Shown here in pieces: positions 10,654 to 19,423 of a stretch of 64,000 nt of DNA. The position numbers and the translations under genes are program-made. Each line of letters begins with the position of its first letter. Position 1 is the first letter of the stretch. The DNA is taken from the NCBI GenBank assembly GCA_033764015.1, contig JANRJK010000039.1:32001-96000 (forward strand), in the 5' to 3' direction. A model generated the notes under the pieces. That model did not search any database and had not been told where the DNA came from. It was given only the letters and a program-made list of their open reading frames with translations. This stretch comes from Candidatus Sumerlaeia bacterium. Lineage in GTDB: Bacteria; Sumerlaeota; Sumerlaeia; SLMS01; JANRJK01.

Positions 10654-11437
10654 CGTCGTCCTCCTCGTCGAGGTCGAAGAGCGCCTTCAGCTTGCTGCGG
10701 AGCGACTCCGCGGTCTCCGGGCGCTCGATGCGCCCGTCGCGCGCCAGCGAAATCACGCCGGTCTCCTCCGAGCACACCAGCACCACGGCGTCCGTCTCCT
10801 CTGCGAGGCCCAACGCCGCGCGGTGCCGCGTGCCGAGGTCCTTGGGGATCGACGTCGACTCGGACAGCGGCAGCAGGCACCCCGCCGCGAAGACCCGGTT
10901 GTTGCGGATGATCACCGCGCCGTCGTGCAGCGGCGTGTAGAGGGCGAAAATCGTGCGGAGCAGCTCCACGGAAACCGCCGCGTCGAGCTCCGTCCCGGTC
11001 TCCGCGTAGGAGCGGAGCGAGTCGTCGCGCTGGATGGCGATCAGCGCGCCGGTCTTCTTCTCGGCGAGCCGGGTGGCGGCGACGATGATGTCCTCGATCG
11101 CCGTCGTCCGTTGCGCGAAGAAGCTCCGGAAGAGCGGACGGCGCCCGAGGTCCGTGAGTCCGCGCTTGATCTCGTTCTGGAAGCAGATGAGGAACACGAG
11201 GATCAGCACGATCCAGAGGTTCTCGAACAGGCGCACCGTGGCGGAGAGGCCGAGCTGCTGGGCGACCGTGTAGAGGAGGAATCCGCCGAGCGTCGAGATG
11301 ACGAGACCCCGCAGCGCCAGCGGCGACCGGCTCTCGCGGATCACACTAAGCAGCAGGAAGAACGCGAACGACACCAGGAGGATGTCGATCGCGTCGCTCC
11401 AAGTCAGCGCGCCGAGGGTGGGGAACAGGTCGTCCAT
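10634..11437 (-). CDS. cdaA: diadenylate cyclase CdaA
   Basis: Three TM helices, FQNEIKRGL, GALIAI, PLHDGA and GTRHRAALG catalytic motifs, SEETG. Confidence 0.95.
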   Translation of the reverse strand: MDDLFPTLGALTWSDAIDILLVSFAFFLLLSVIRESRSPLALRGLVISTLGGFLLYTVAQQLGLSATVRLFENLWIVLILVFLICFQNEIKRGLTDLGRRPLFRSFFAQRTTAIEDIIVAATRLAEKKTGALIAIQRDDSLRSYAETGTELDAAVSVELLRTIFALYTPLHDGAVIIRNNRVFAAGCLLPLSESTSIPKDLGTRHRAALGLAEETDAVVLVCSEETGVISLARDGRIERPETAESLRSKLKALFDLDEEDDDGEAGR

Positions 11438-11490
11438 GGAGAGCAAGCTAGCGGAGGCGCGACGCGCCGCGGCAAGCGCCAAGGCGCCCC

Positions 11491-11526
11491 AAACAGCGCG
11501 GGCGGGCCCTCGATGGGCCCGCCCGC
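11491..11526 (-). terminator. probable intrinsic terminator
   Basis: 12-bp perfect stem GCGGGCGGGCCC/GGGCCCGCCCGC, 5-nt loop, followed on the minus strand by GCTGTTT; 40 nt after the stop at 11564. Confidence 0.65.
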
Positions 11527-11563
11527 CATGGGTTCGGAAAGGGGGGAGCCCCCGGTGCCGCGG

Positions 11564-12280
11564 TTACTCGTCCCCGAGCGGGATCTGCAACTGCTCCATG
11601 CGCGGCGAGCGGAGGCTGATCTCCTTCAGCGCGACGATCAGGTGGTGCTCCACCCGGTCGGAGGAGTCGCGGAACTCTCCGCGCTGCAGGCGCTCCATGC
11701 GGGCGGCGACGCCGTCCAGCACTTCGCCGTAGGCCTCGATCTCCGGGGCCACCTGCGGATCGGCGACCTGCACCGTGATCAGGTCGTAGATGAAGTTGGC
11801 GAAGGCCTCGCGGCCGTTCTCCGTCGCCAGCGTGGCGGCGAGCGCTTCGATGTCCGCCTTGTGCTCGTCGATCGCGGTGTCGACCAGCGCTTCGATCCGC
11901 GCCTGGAGGTAGTCCGCCTCGGCGTCCATGCGCCGGTCGATCTCCTTCATCAGCTCCTGGCGGCCCTCGGGAATGAAGGCGACCAGCTCGTCGACGCTCT
12001 CGTTGATGAGTTCCGGACCGCGGGTGCGGATCTCCGCGACCGCCGCGCGGCGTATGGCGGGGATCTGCCGCTCGATGGCCTGCGTGGCCATGAGCACCAG
12101 CGACTCCTTGTTGGTCATTTCGATCACCATCGACCGGAGCCAGGTGAGATAGCCCGAGAAGATCACGATCAGCACGACGTAGGCGGCGATCGTGATGGTC
12201 TTCGCCGAGCTGGCGGATTCGATCTGCTGGTTCAGTTTCTTCTCGAGCGAATCGAGGGACTGCTGGGTGTTGTCAGCCAT
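11564..12280 (-). CDS. hypothetical single-TM, all-alpha-helical protein
   Basis: Short charged helix, TM (ITIAAYVVLIVIFSGYLTWL), long E/A/L-rich helical region; GGAGG upstream of ATG. Confidence 0.85.
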   Translation of the reverse strand: MADNTQQSLDSLEKKLNQQIESASSAKTITIAAYVVLIVIFSGYLTWLRSMVIEMTNKESLVLMATQAIERQIPAIRRAAVAEIRTRGPELINESVDELVAFIPEGRQELMKEIDRRMDAEADYLQARIEALVDTAIDEHKADIEALAATLATENGREAFANFIYDLITVQVADPQVAPEIEAYGEVLDGVAARMERLQRGEFRDSSDRVEHHLIVALKEISLRSPRMEQLQIPLGDE

Positions 12281-12295
12281 TTCTCTGGGCCTCCG

Positions 12296-13078
12296 TCACT
12301 TCGCCGCCGCGAGGGCGGTCGGGGAGTCGCCTGCGGCGCTGGAAACGGTCTGCGCGTCCGAGAACGCGAAGCGCGCGCCGATCAGCTCGACCAGCAGGCC
12401 GAACGTGTGGTTCAGCAACTGGTCGTTCGTCATGTCCTTCAACTCCGCGGGGACCTCGAAGCCGTCGAACGCCTCGCCCGCGCGCAGGATCGCCTTGCGG
12501 TGCGTGTCGAAGTGGTCGCGGAGCACCCGGGCGGTCGCGTCGTCGAGCGCGAGCTGGAGGTTCTTGAACGCCTCCTCCTGCGAGCGTTCGTCCGCCAGCG
12601 TCGGGAAGTCCTCCTTCAGCTTCGCCACGTACTTGTCGTTCAGGGCCGCGCCGCGCGTCGCCAGTTCCTCGTCGAACTTCAGCTTCAGGTCGGAGCCGAG
12701 CTGCACGGCCTCCGCCTCCAGCGTCGCCGCGATACGCTGCACCGCCACCGGGACCTCGTTCGCGACGGTCTCCTCGATGAACGGCTTCAGGTCCTTCTCG
12801 AACATGTCCTTGGCCTCGGCCTGCAGCTTGGGCGCGATCGACTCCTCGATCTGCTGCTGCATCGCCACGGCATAGTCCATGCGGCGGTTGTAGAGGTCGA
12901 GCAACGGCTCCAGGAGCCGGTACACGAGGAACAGCAGGATGACGCTGAGGATCACCGTCATCAGGCGTCCCGTGTTCTTTACGGAGGCGGAAACCTTGAG
13001 GTACTCGTCGAACCGGTCCTCGATGCGCCGGACCTGGCCCTCAATGTTCCCACCGGATGGGGTCCCCGTGGATGCCAT
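12296..13078 (-). CDS. hypothetical single-TM, all-alpha-helical protein
   Basis: Start MASTGTP with GGAGG RBS; TM LMTVILSVILLFLVY; long helical E/K/A/L-rich region. Confidence 0.85.
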   Translation of the reverse strand: MASTGTPSGGNIEGQVRRIEDRFDEYLKVSASVKNTGRLMTVILSVILLFLVYRLLEPLLDLYNRRMDYAVAMQQQIEESIAPKLQAEAKDMFEKDLKPFIEETVANEVPVAVQRIAATLEAEAVQLGSDLKLKFDEELATRGAALNDKYVAKLKEDFPTLADERSQEEAFKNLQLALDDATARVLRDHFDTHRKAILRAGEAFDGFEVPAELKDMTNDQLLNHTFGLLVELIGARFAFSDAQTVSSAAGDSPTALAAAK

Positions 13079-13156
13079 GGGGTACACCTCCATGTTTGGG
13101 ATTGTGCGTAAGCATTCACCGGGATGGTCAGGCGCTTCGGGCCGAAGGGGACAACG

Positions 13157-13186
13157 AAAAACCGCCGCTCCTTCCGGGACGGCGGT
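13157..13186 (-). terminator. probable intrinsic terminator after ychF-lipoprotein
   Basis: ACCGCCG...CGGCGGT hairpin followed on the minus strand by a T run. Confidence 0.7.
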
Positions 13187-13215
13187 CCTCCTGCGGGCGG
13201 TCCGTGGTCGGCGCG

Positions 13216-14082
13216 TCAGGGCTCGGTGTCGGATTCCAGCGCCACTTCGAGGCGGTCGATGACGAGGTTTCGCGCCGGGTCGCCCTTCGTTTGCACGATG
13301 CGCGCGGGCGGCGCGTCGGTTGCGTCGCCAGCCCACACGATGGCGATCTCGTTCACCGCGCCGTTGGCCCGGTTCGTCATGCGGCAGAGCGTCGCCCGGC
13401 CTTGCGCGTCGCGCTCCACCACCACCTCCGTCGATGCGGGATCCATCTTCTCGGCTGCGGCGACGTAGTCGCGCGCCAGCGCCTCCGGCAGGAGCTTCAT
13501 CCGCATCGCCGCCGTGGGCAGGCCGGGCTCACCGACGCCGGCGCCCTCCGTCATCGAGCGCATCACGTAGTTCCCCGCGCCGTCGAATCGGTACAGCACC
13601 CGGGCCTTCAGGTTCTGCGGCGCGGTCGGCGCGTCGTCCAGCGTCTCGGTGCCGTCCAGCGCGACGAGGTGCCGGACCGGACCCTCGACCGTTTCCAGCA
13701 CCACGTCCTCCGCGCCGTCCGCGTACCGGTAAACCGTGGTCCGCTGCACTTGGTACGGGATGTCCCGCCCGGTCGCTTCGTCGCGGCGGCTCGGCAGGCG
13801 GAGCACGTAGGCGAGTTGCTTGCCGTCGCGCGTGCCCATGCCGCGCTTCAGTTCCGTGGAGGTCTTCGCGGGGAACTCGTTCCGCGAAGTGAAGACCAGT
13901 GTGCGGGCAAGCTCCTTGCCGGCGATCGGCACGTCGGTTACGACTTCGTTGTTCATGGCGGGAGTGGCCTCGGGTGGCGTGACGATGTCGAGTTGCCTTG
14001 GCTTTCCGGGTTGTTCGTCGCGGCAGGCGGTCGCCGCCAGCGCCGCTAGGATGCAAAAAGTGATCGCGAAGGGCCGTATCAT
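13216..14082 (-). CDS. putative lipoprotein of unknown function
   Basis: MIRPFAITFCILAALAATAC lipobox-like signal; starts 2 nt after the ychF stop. Confidence 0.75.
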   Translation of the reverse strand: MIRPFAITFCILAALAATACRDEQPGKPRQLDIVTPPEATPAMNNEVVTDVPIAGKELARTLVFTSRNEFPAKTSTELKRGMGTRDGKQLAYVLRLPSRRDEATGRDIPYQVQRTTVYRYADGAEDVVLETVEGPVRHLVALDGTETLDDAPTAPQNLKARVLYRFDGAGNYVMRSMTEGAGVGEPGLPTAAMRMKLLPEALARDYVAAAEKMDPASTEVVVERDAQGRATLCRMTNRANGAVNEIAIVWAGDATDAPPARIVQTKGDPARNLVIDRLEVALESDTEP

Positions 14083-14084
14083 GG

Positions 14085-15185
14085 TTACGCCCCGACCCGG
14101 AAGAAGCACACGTCGCCGTCCTTCATGACGTACTCCTTCCCTTCCACGCGCAGCTTCCCGGCGTCCCGCGCGGCGTTCCAACTGCCCGCCGCGATCAAGT
14201 CGTCGTAGCCGACAACCTCCGCGCGGATATAGGTCTTCTCGAAGTCCGAGTGGATCACGCCGGCGCAGGCCGGCGCCTTCCAGCCGCGGTGGTACGTCCA
14301 GGCGCGGACCTCCTTTTCGCCGCCGGTGAAGAAGGTCTCCAGCCCCAGCAGGCGGTAAGCGGCGTGCGTCAGGCGGTCCAGCCCGCTCTCCGTGAGGCCC
14401 AACTCCACCAGGAAGTCCCGCTTCTCCTCCTCGGAAAGCTCGGCGATTTCGGATTCGACCTTCGCGGAGATGGAGACATGCTCGGCGCCGAGCGAGGCCG
14501 CGTGCGCCGCGACCGCCTTCACGCGGTCCAGTTCCTCCGCCCGCGCCACGTCGCCCTCGCCCACGTTGCACACGAAGAGGAAGGGCTTCGCCGTCAGCAG
14601 GCAAAGCTCCTTCAGCACCGCCGCCTCATCCTCATTCTCCGCGGCGACTCGGTTCGCGAGCTTCCCCGATTCCAAATGCGCCTTCAGCCGCGAGAGGAAC
14701 TCGTATTCCTTCGCGGCGTCCTTGTGCGCCTTCGCCGCGCGCGAGGTGCGGTCGATCCGCTTCTCCAGCGTGGCGAGGTCGGCGAAGATCAGCTCGAGGT
14801 TGATGGTGTCGATGTCCGAAACCGGATCGATCTCCCCATGCACGTGGACCACGTCGTCGTCGTCGAAGCAGCGCACCACGCCGATGATCGCGTCGACCTC
14901 GCGGATGTGCGAAAGGAACTGGTTGCCGAGGCCCTCGCCCTTAGACGCGCCCCGGACCAGTCCGGCGATGTCCACGAACTGGAAGGTCGTCGGGACGGTC
15001 TGCTTGGGCTTGAAGATGCCGGTCAGCACCGCGAGGCGGGAATCCGGCACCTCGACGATGCCCACATTGGGTTCGATGGTGCAGAAGGGGTAGTTGGCCG
15101 CCTCCGCGCCAGCATTGGTGATGGCGTTGAAGAGGGTGCTCTTGCCGACGTTGGGCAAACCGACGATTCCCGCCTGAAGCGGCAT
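14085..15185 (-). CDS. ychF: ribosome-binding ATPase YchF
   Basis: GIVGLPNVGKSTLFNA, NYPFCTIEPN, DIAGLV, GEGLGNQFL, GVIHSDF, EGKEY. Confidence 0.98.
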   Translation of the reverse strand: MPLQAGIVGLPNVGKSTLFNAITNAGAEAANYPFCTIEPNVGIVEVPDSRLAVLTGIFKPKQTVPTTFQFVDIAGLVRGASKGEGLGNQFLSHIREVDAIIGVVRCFDDDDVVHVHGEIDPVSDIDTINLELIFADLATLEKRIDRTSRAAKAHKDAAKEYEFLSRLKAHLESGKLANRVAAENEDEAAVLKELCLLTAKPFLFVCNVGEGDVARAEELDRVKAVAAHAASLGAEHVSISAKVESEIAELSEEEKRDFLVELGLTESGLDRLTHAAYRLLGLETFFTGGEKEVRAWTYHRGWKAPACAGVIHSDFEKTYIRAEVVGYDDLIAAGSWNAARDAGKLRVEGKEYVMKDGDVCFFRVGA

Positions 15186-15285
15186 GGGGGCCTCGCTCTT
15201 GGAGTGGCTTTTGGGGGCCGGCGCGGCGGCCCGCCCCCCTTGATCGGTTCCCCCCGCCGCGCGGGCAAGAGCGGAACCGCCCCGG

Positions 15286-16821
15286 CTACCGGACTAGCAG
15301 TCCCTCGCCGCGCCGCGCGAGGTCCGTCTCCACGCGCATCGTCATCAGGAACCCGTCCGCCCCGCCGTTGCTGGTTCGCGCCGTTGCGTCCGGCGGCCCG
15401 AAAATGCAGATGCCCTCGAACGAGCCCGCCAGCACCAGGCGGCCGTCATTCATCAGCTTCAGGTGCGAAGCGGTCTCGTTGCCCGTGCCGCCGATCTGGT
15501 GGGCCGCGATCGCGCCGCCGTCCGAGACGCGGAAGAGCGCCACGACCATGTCGCTCCCCCCCCGCGATTCCAGAAACGGGAAGCCAAGGTAGGAGAGCGT
15601 GTTCTCGAACGAGGAGACGGTGGCGGCGAGTCCCGCGTCGGGGAGGTACACCAGGTCCTGGGCGTAGTTGGCCCCTTCGCTGTTCAAGGCGCTTACCCAA
15701 AGGAGGCGGCCGTCGCCCCGCCGGGCCTTGGCGATGAACGTATCGGTCGCGGAGCCGACAGTGTTGAGGACCCGCGTGCTTCCGTCCGCCATCTGGAAGC
15801 CCGCGCCGTTGCTGTAGTTCCCTGCGAAGAGGAAATCCCCCGAGGGCAGCGCCTCCACATGGAACGCGTCGTCCCCGAGCGTGCCTCCGTGAGCCAGCGC
15901 CCACACCAGTTCGCCGTCGCCGTCGAACTCCGCCGTGAGGATGTCGAAGTCGCCCGCGCCGGTGAGCGTCGCCTCCGACGGGCGCCCGCACGCGAGTTTC
16001 GAGGTTCCGCTGAACTTCCCCACCGTCACGATGTGGCCGTCGGCGAACCGCGACACCGCCGAATAGAAGTCCTCGCGCTCCCCGCAGTTCGCCGTCACCC
16101 ACGCCAGCGACCCGTCGCCACGGTACTTCGCGATCGTGCCGTCGAAGAACTTGTTCGTCTCCGGGTGGGTGAACTGGTCCGGCTGCCCCGTGCGGAACGT
16201 CAGCGAGCCCCGTCCCCACACGCATGCGAAGAAATCCAGCCCGCGTCCTGGCGCGAACTCCCGGCAGAGGCTCGTCAGCGGCCCGCTGATCCATTCGGTC
16301 CATTCGAAGCCAAGCCCGCCCGGCTCCACCGCTAGCAGCACCGGATCGAAGGACCCATCCACCGAGGACAAGCTGTACGGCGTCGTCGTCTCGGCCCCGA
16401 TGGTTGTGGCGCCGGAGACGCCCAGGCTTGCGAGGATCGTCCCGTCCGGAAGAGCGCCGAGCTCGGGCGCCTCCTGGATCTGCGGGCCCCGCGCCGTGAA
16501 CACCCAGTCCACCGCGTTCGTGTCGATGTCCATGCGCGCGAAGAAGACGTCGCCGTTCCCTTGGTGCTGCAGGGTGAAAGAGCCCCCACCGGTCCGAGGG
16601 AGAGTGAAGTTTCCGTAATACGAACCCCCGAAGATCACATCCGAACCGCCTCCGTACGGGAGGATCGGGAATGCGAACTGGTCGTTCAGCGATCCGAAGG
16701 TCAGCACGCGGTCGGTCGTGATGGTCGTCTGCGCGCGGGCGGCGTGTGGCAATCCTGCAACGACAATCGAAGCGGCGCACAGTACGGCGCGCCGCGACCC
16801 CGGGAATCCAAATCGAAACAT
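15286..16821 (-). CDS. secreted beta-propeller repeat protein (SBBP-like)
   Basis: Signal peptide ending AARA-Q; repeats of G..D(I/V)F.A(K/R)....G...W; ends GLLVR. Confidence 0.75.
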   Translation of the reverse strand: MFRFGFPGSRRAVLCAASIVVAGLPHAARAQTTITTDRVLTFGSLNDQFAFPILPYGGGSDVIFGGSYYGNFTLPRTGGGSFTLQHQGNGDVFFARMDIDTNAVDWVFTARGPQIQEAPELGALPDGTILASLGVSGATTIGAETTTPYSLSSVDGSFDPVLLAVEPGGLGFEWTEWISGPLTSLCREFAPGRGLDFFACVWGRGSLTFRTGQPDQFTHPETNKFFDGTIAKYRGDGSLAWVTANCGEREDFYSAVSRFADGHIVTVGKFSGTSKLACGRPSEATLTGAGDFDILTAEFDGDGELVWALAHGGTLGDDAFHVEALPSGDFLFAGNYSNGAGFQMADGSTRVLNTVGSATDTFIAKARRGDGRLLWVSALNSEGANYAQDLVYLPDAGLAATVSSFENTLSYLGFPFLESRGGSDMVVALFRVSDGGAIAAHQIGGTGNETASHLKLMNDGRLVLAGSFEGICIFGPPDATARTSNGGADGFLMTMRVETDLARRGEGLLVR

Positions 16822-16880
16822 AAGGCCACCCCCTCGAATCCGCCTCGCGGGCGAAAAGCCTGCCAGTGGCGGCTTGTCCG

Positions 16881-17990
16881 CTAACCTCCCGCCGCTTCCC
16901 GGCGCGCCTGCTCCACGGCCCGGTGAGGCGCCAACTTCTCCAGCACCTCCTCTAGCAGCCCCCGGTGCGCCGCCACCCACGCGTGCAGCCTCCGGACGCC
17001 CTCCTCGGGACCGGTCTTCGGATCCCAGTCGAGCTCGCGGCGCGCCTTCGAGATATTGCTGTAGTACGCGCGCTGGTCCCCCGGGCGCCAGTCCGCATAA
17101 CCGACATGCGGATGGTGGTGGCCGAGCTTCTCGAGCAGCACCAGCAAGCGCCGCAGCGTGAGCCGCTGGTTCGGTCCGCCGCCGACGTTGTACACTTGGC
17201 CGGCCGCCGTTTCGATCCGCTCGACGGCGCGCTCGTAAAGCGCCACCAGGTCGTCGATCCACAGCACATCGCGGACCTGGTAGCCATCCCCGTAAACGGT
17301 GATGCGCCGGTCGAGCAAGCTCGCGATCGCGAACCAGGCGACCCAGCCCTGGTCCTCGATGCCGAGTTGGTGCGTGCCGAAGATGCACGATTGGCGGAAC
17401 ACCACGGTGGGCATCTTGTAGATACGGTGGAAGTCGCGGCAGTACTGGTCCGCCGCCCCCTTCGAACAGCCGTAGGGGGAGTGGAAGTCGAGCGGCTGCG
17501 ACTCGTCGATCCCCGCTCGGCCGTCCTTGTAGGCGTACCACTCCGCGGAGGGGTCGAAGGCGATTCCGACCTCCTCCATGCCCCCGTAGACCTTGTTCGT
17601 CGACGGATACACCACGGGGATGGAGCGGTCCACTTCGCGCACCGCTTCCAGCACGTTGAAGGTGCCGAGCGCGTTCACCTCGAAGTCGAGCCGGGGCTTG
17701 GCGATCGACGTGGTGACGGCCACCTGCGAGGCTTGGTGGAAGAGCGCCGACTTGCCGCGGGGCGCCTCCGACAGCACGCGGACGAGCGCCGCCCCATCGC
17801 GGATATCCTCGTTCCGGAACCGGATCGAGGGGTAGTCCCGCAGCAGCAACTCGAGGTTCTGCCGCGTGCCCGGCCGCGAAAGGTTGTCCACGACATCGAC
17901 CGTGGCCCCCTTGGAGGCGACCGCACGGGCGAGGTGCGATCCGATGAACCCGGCTCCGCCGGTGATGATGAAGTGGTTGTATTTAGCCAT
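16881..17990 (-). CDS. NAD-dependent epimerase/dehydratase (CDP-paratose 2-epimerase-like)
   Basis: ITGGAGFIGS, QVAVTTS, STNKVYG, SPYGCSKG, EDQGWVAWF, GYQVRD, WRPGDQ. Confidence 0.9.
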   Translation of the reverse strand: MAKYNHFIITGGAGFIGSHLARAVASKGATVDVVDNLSRPGTRQNLELLLRDYPSIRFRNEDIRDGAALVRVLSEAPRGKSALFHQASQVAVTTSIAKPRLDFEVNALGTFNVLEAVREVDRSIPVVYPSTNKVYGGMEEVGIAFDPSAEWYAYKDGRAGIDESQPLDFHSPYGCSKGAADQYCRDFHRIYKMPTVVFRQSCIFGTHQLGIEDQGWVAWFAIASLLDRRITVYGDGYQVRDVLWIDDLVALYERAVERIETAAGQVYNVGGGPNQRLTLRRLLVLLEKLGHHHPHVGYADWRPGDQRAYYSNISKARRELDWDPKTGPEEGVRRLHAWVAAHRGLLEEVLEKLAPHRAVEQARREAAGG

Positions 17991-18160
17991 GCGCGCCGCG
18001 CTGCCTGCCTTTTCAACGCCGTCTTTTCGGTCCGAAAGCCGAACGAAGCCAAGGCGATTCGCCCGTACCGGAAATAATGCGACAAATCGACGCTCCATTG
18101 GACAAACTTTGGGCAGGCCGCATGATTCCGGTGGACAGTGGCGCACCCTCCGAAGATGGT

Positions 18161-18175
18161 GATAAGCGCTTTATC
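18161..18175. promoter_or_regulatory. candidate LacI-family operator
   Basis: Near-palindrome GATAAGCGCTTTATC with AAGCGCTT core, 28 nt before the ATG at 18204. Confidence 0.3.
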
Positions 18176-18203
18176 GACAGGAAACCGGACCCGGAACCTC
18201 AAA

Positions 18204-19400
18204 ATGATCCCCTCCCTGAAGCACCTCGCCGGCGGCATCCTCGCCACCATCGCCCTCACGCTCGCGACAAACCACCTCCCCGCGCAGCGAATCGAAGCGG
18301 TCCCGCTGCCGCTGGAGTACAGCCCCACCGGCGTCCTCTTCCGCGTCAAGGCACCCGGCGCCCAGTCGGTCTTTGTCGCCGGCACGTTCAACGGCTGGGG
18401 CGGGTCCGACGGCTCCACCATCAGCGACCCCTCGACGCGCATGTACGGCCCCGACGAGAACGGCGTCTTCGAGTACTTCGTCAGCCTCACGCCCGGCACC
18501 CACGTCTTCAAGTACGCCATCAACGGCAACCAGTGGATCCCGGGGCCGCCGAACCTGCCGCGCATGAAGGACGACTTCGACACGACCCCGGGCCAGGGCG
18601 ACCAGTCCGGCTCCGCGTTCGACTTCTCCCTCGAGGAACCGCCCTGGCCCTCCTACGTTCCCACGGTCGAGATGATGCCGGCCGTGGTCATCCACCAGGA
18701 GACCGGCGAGCCGTTCCTCCGCGTGCGCTTCTTCAGCCGCTACGCGACGACGGCCCACATCGTGGGCGGGCACGACGGCTGGGGCGGCATCTCCAACCGC
18801 GCCGTCTTCTCCGACTGGCACAAGATGCAGCCCACGCGCGTTCCCAATGTGTGGCAGAAGTACATCGGCCCGCTGAAGGAAGGGTTCCAAGAGTACAAGA
18901 TCGTCGCCAACAACCGCCAGTGGCTCTCCGACCCGTCCGTTTCGGAGATGAGCCAGGACGGCAACACGATGATCCGCATCTCGAAGGCCACCGGCACATG
19001 GCAGGCCACCTACACCCCGCGCTTCGACCCGAACGCGAAGCGGCAGGACACCAAGAGCCGCTGGGGCAACGACCTCGTCTGGGAGGACGACCGCAACACG
19101 GGCTTCGCGCAGGCGCAGCTCATGCAGCAGCGCATGCTCTGGGTCATCAGCCTGCCGCAGTCGGGCCTAAGCGAGTCGCTGATGAAGAACATCAACGGCG
19201 ATGCGGAACTGGTCGGCATGCTCTCGGGATCGACGATCTGCCTGGAGACCCCGGCGCACGAGGTGCTCGACATCATCCGCGGGCGCATGATCCAGCGCCT
19301 CCCCTATGTCGTTCTCGTGGACTCCAGCTACCGACCCGTCTGGGAGAAGTTCAATCCGGGCACGGACGAGTTGAAGGAGCAGTTGCGCAACTTGAAGTAG
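18204..19400 (+). CDS. secreted protein with two CBM48/AMPK-like glycogen-binding domains and a C-terminal thioredoxin-like fold
   Basis: Signal peptide; APGAQSVFVAGTFNGW...FKYAINGNQW and IVGGHDGW...YKIVANNRQWLSDP; C-terminal VWEDD...LPYVVLVD. Confidence 0.75.
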   Translation: MIPSLKHLAGGILATIALTLATNHLPAQRIEAVPLPLEYSPTGVLFRVKAPGAQSVFVAGTFNGWGGSDGSTISDPSTRMYGPDENGVFEYFVSLTPGTHVFKYAINGNQWIPGPPNLPRMKDDFDTTPGQGDQSGSAFDFSLEEPPWPSYVPTVEMMPAVVIHQETGEPFLRVRFFSRYATTAHIVGGHDGWGGISNRAVFSDWHKMQPTRVPNVWQKYIGPLKEGFQEYKIVANNRQWLSDPSVSEMSQDGNTMIRISKATGTWQATYTPRFDPNAKRQDTKSRWGNDLVWEDDRNTGFAQAQLMQQRMLWVISLPQSGLSESLMKNINGDAELVGMLSGSTICLETPAHEVLDIIRGRMIQRLPYVVLVDSSYRPVWEKFNPGTDELKEQLRNLK

Positions 19401-19423
19401 CCGCGCCCGCGCTGCCCCCGGGC

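Noticed and set aside
11564..13078. ATP synthase b/b' subunits
   Set aside because: Too long, N-terminal helix precedes the TM segment, and no other atp genes are nearby
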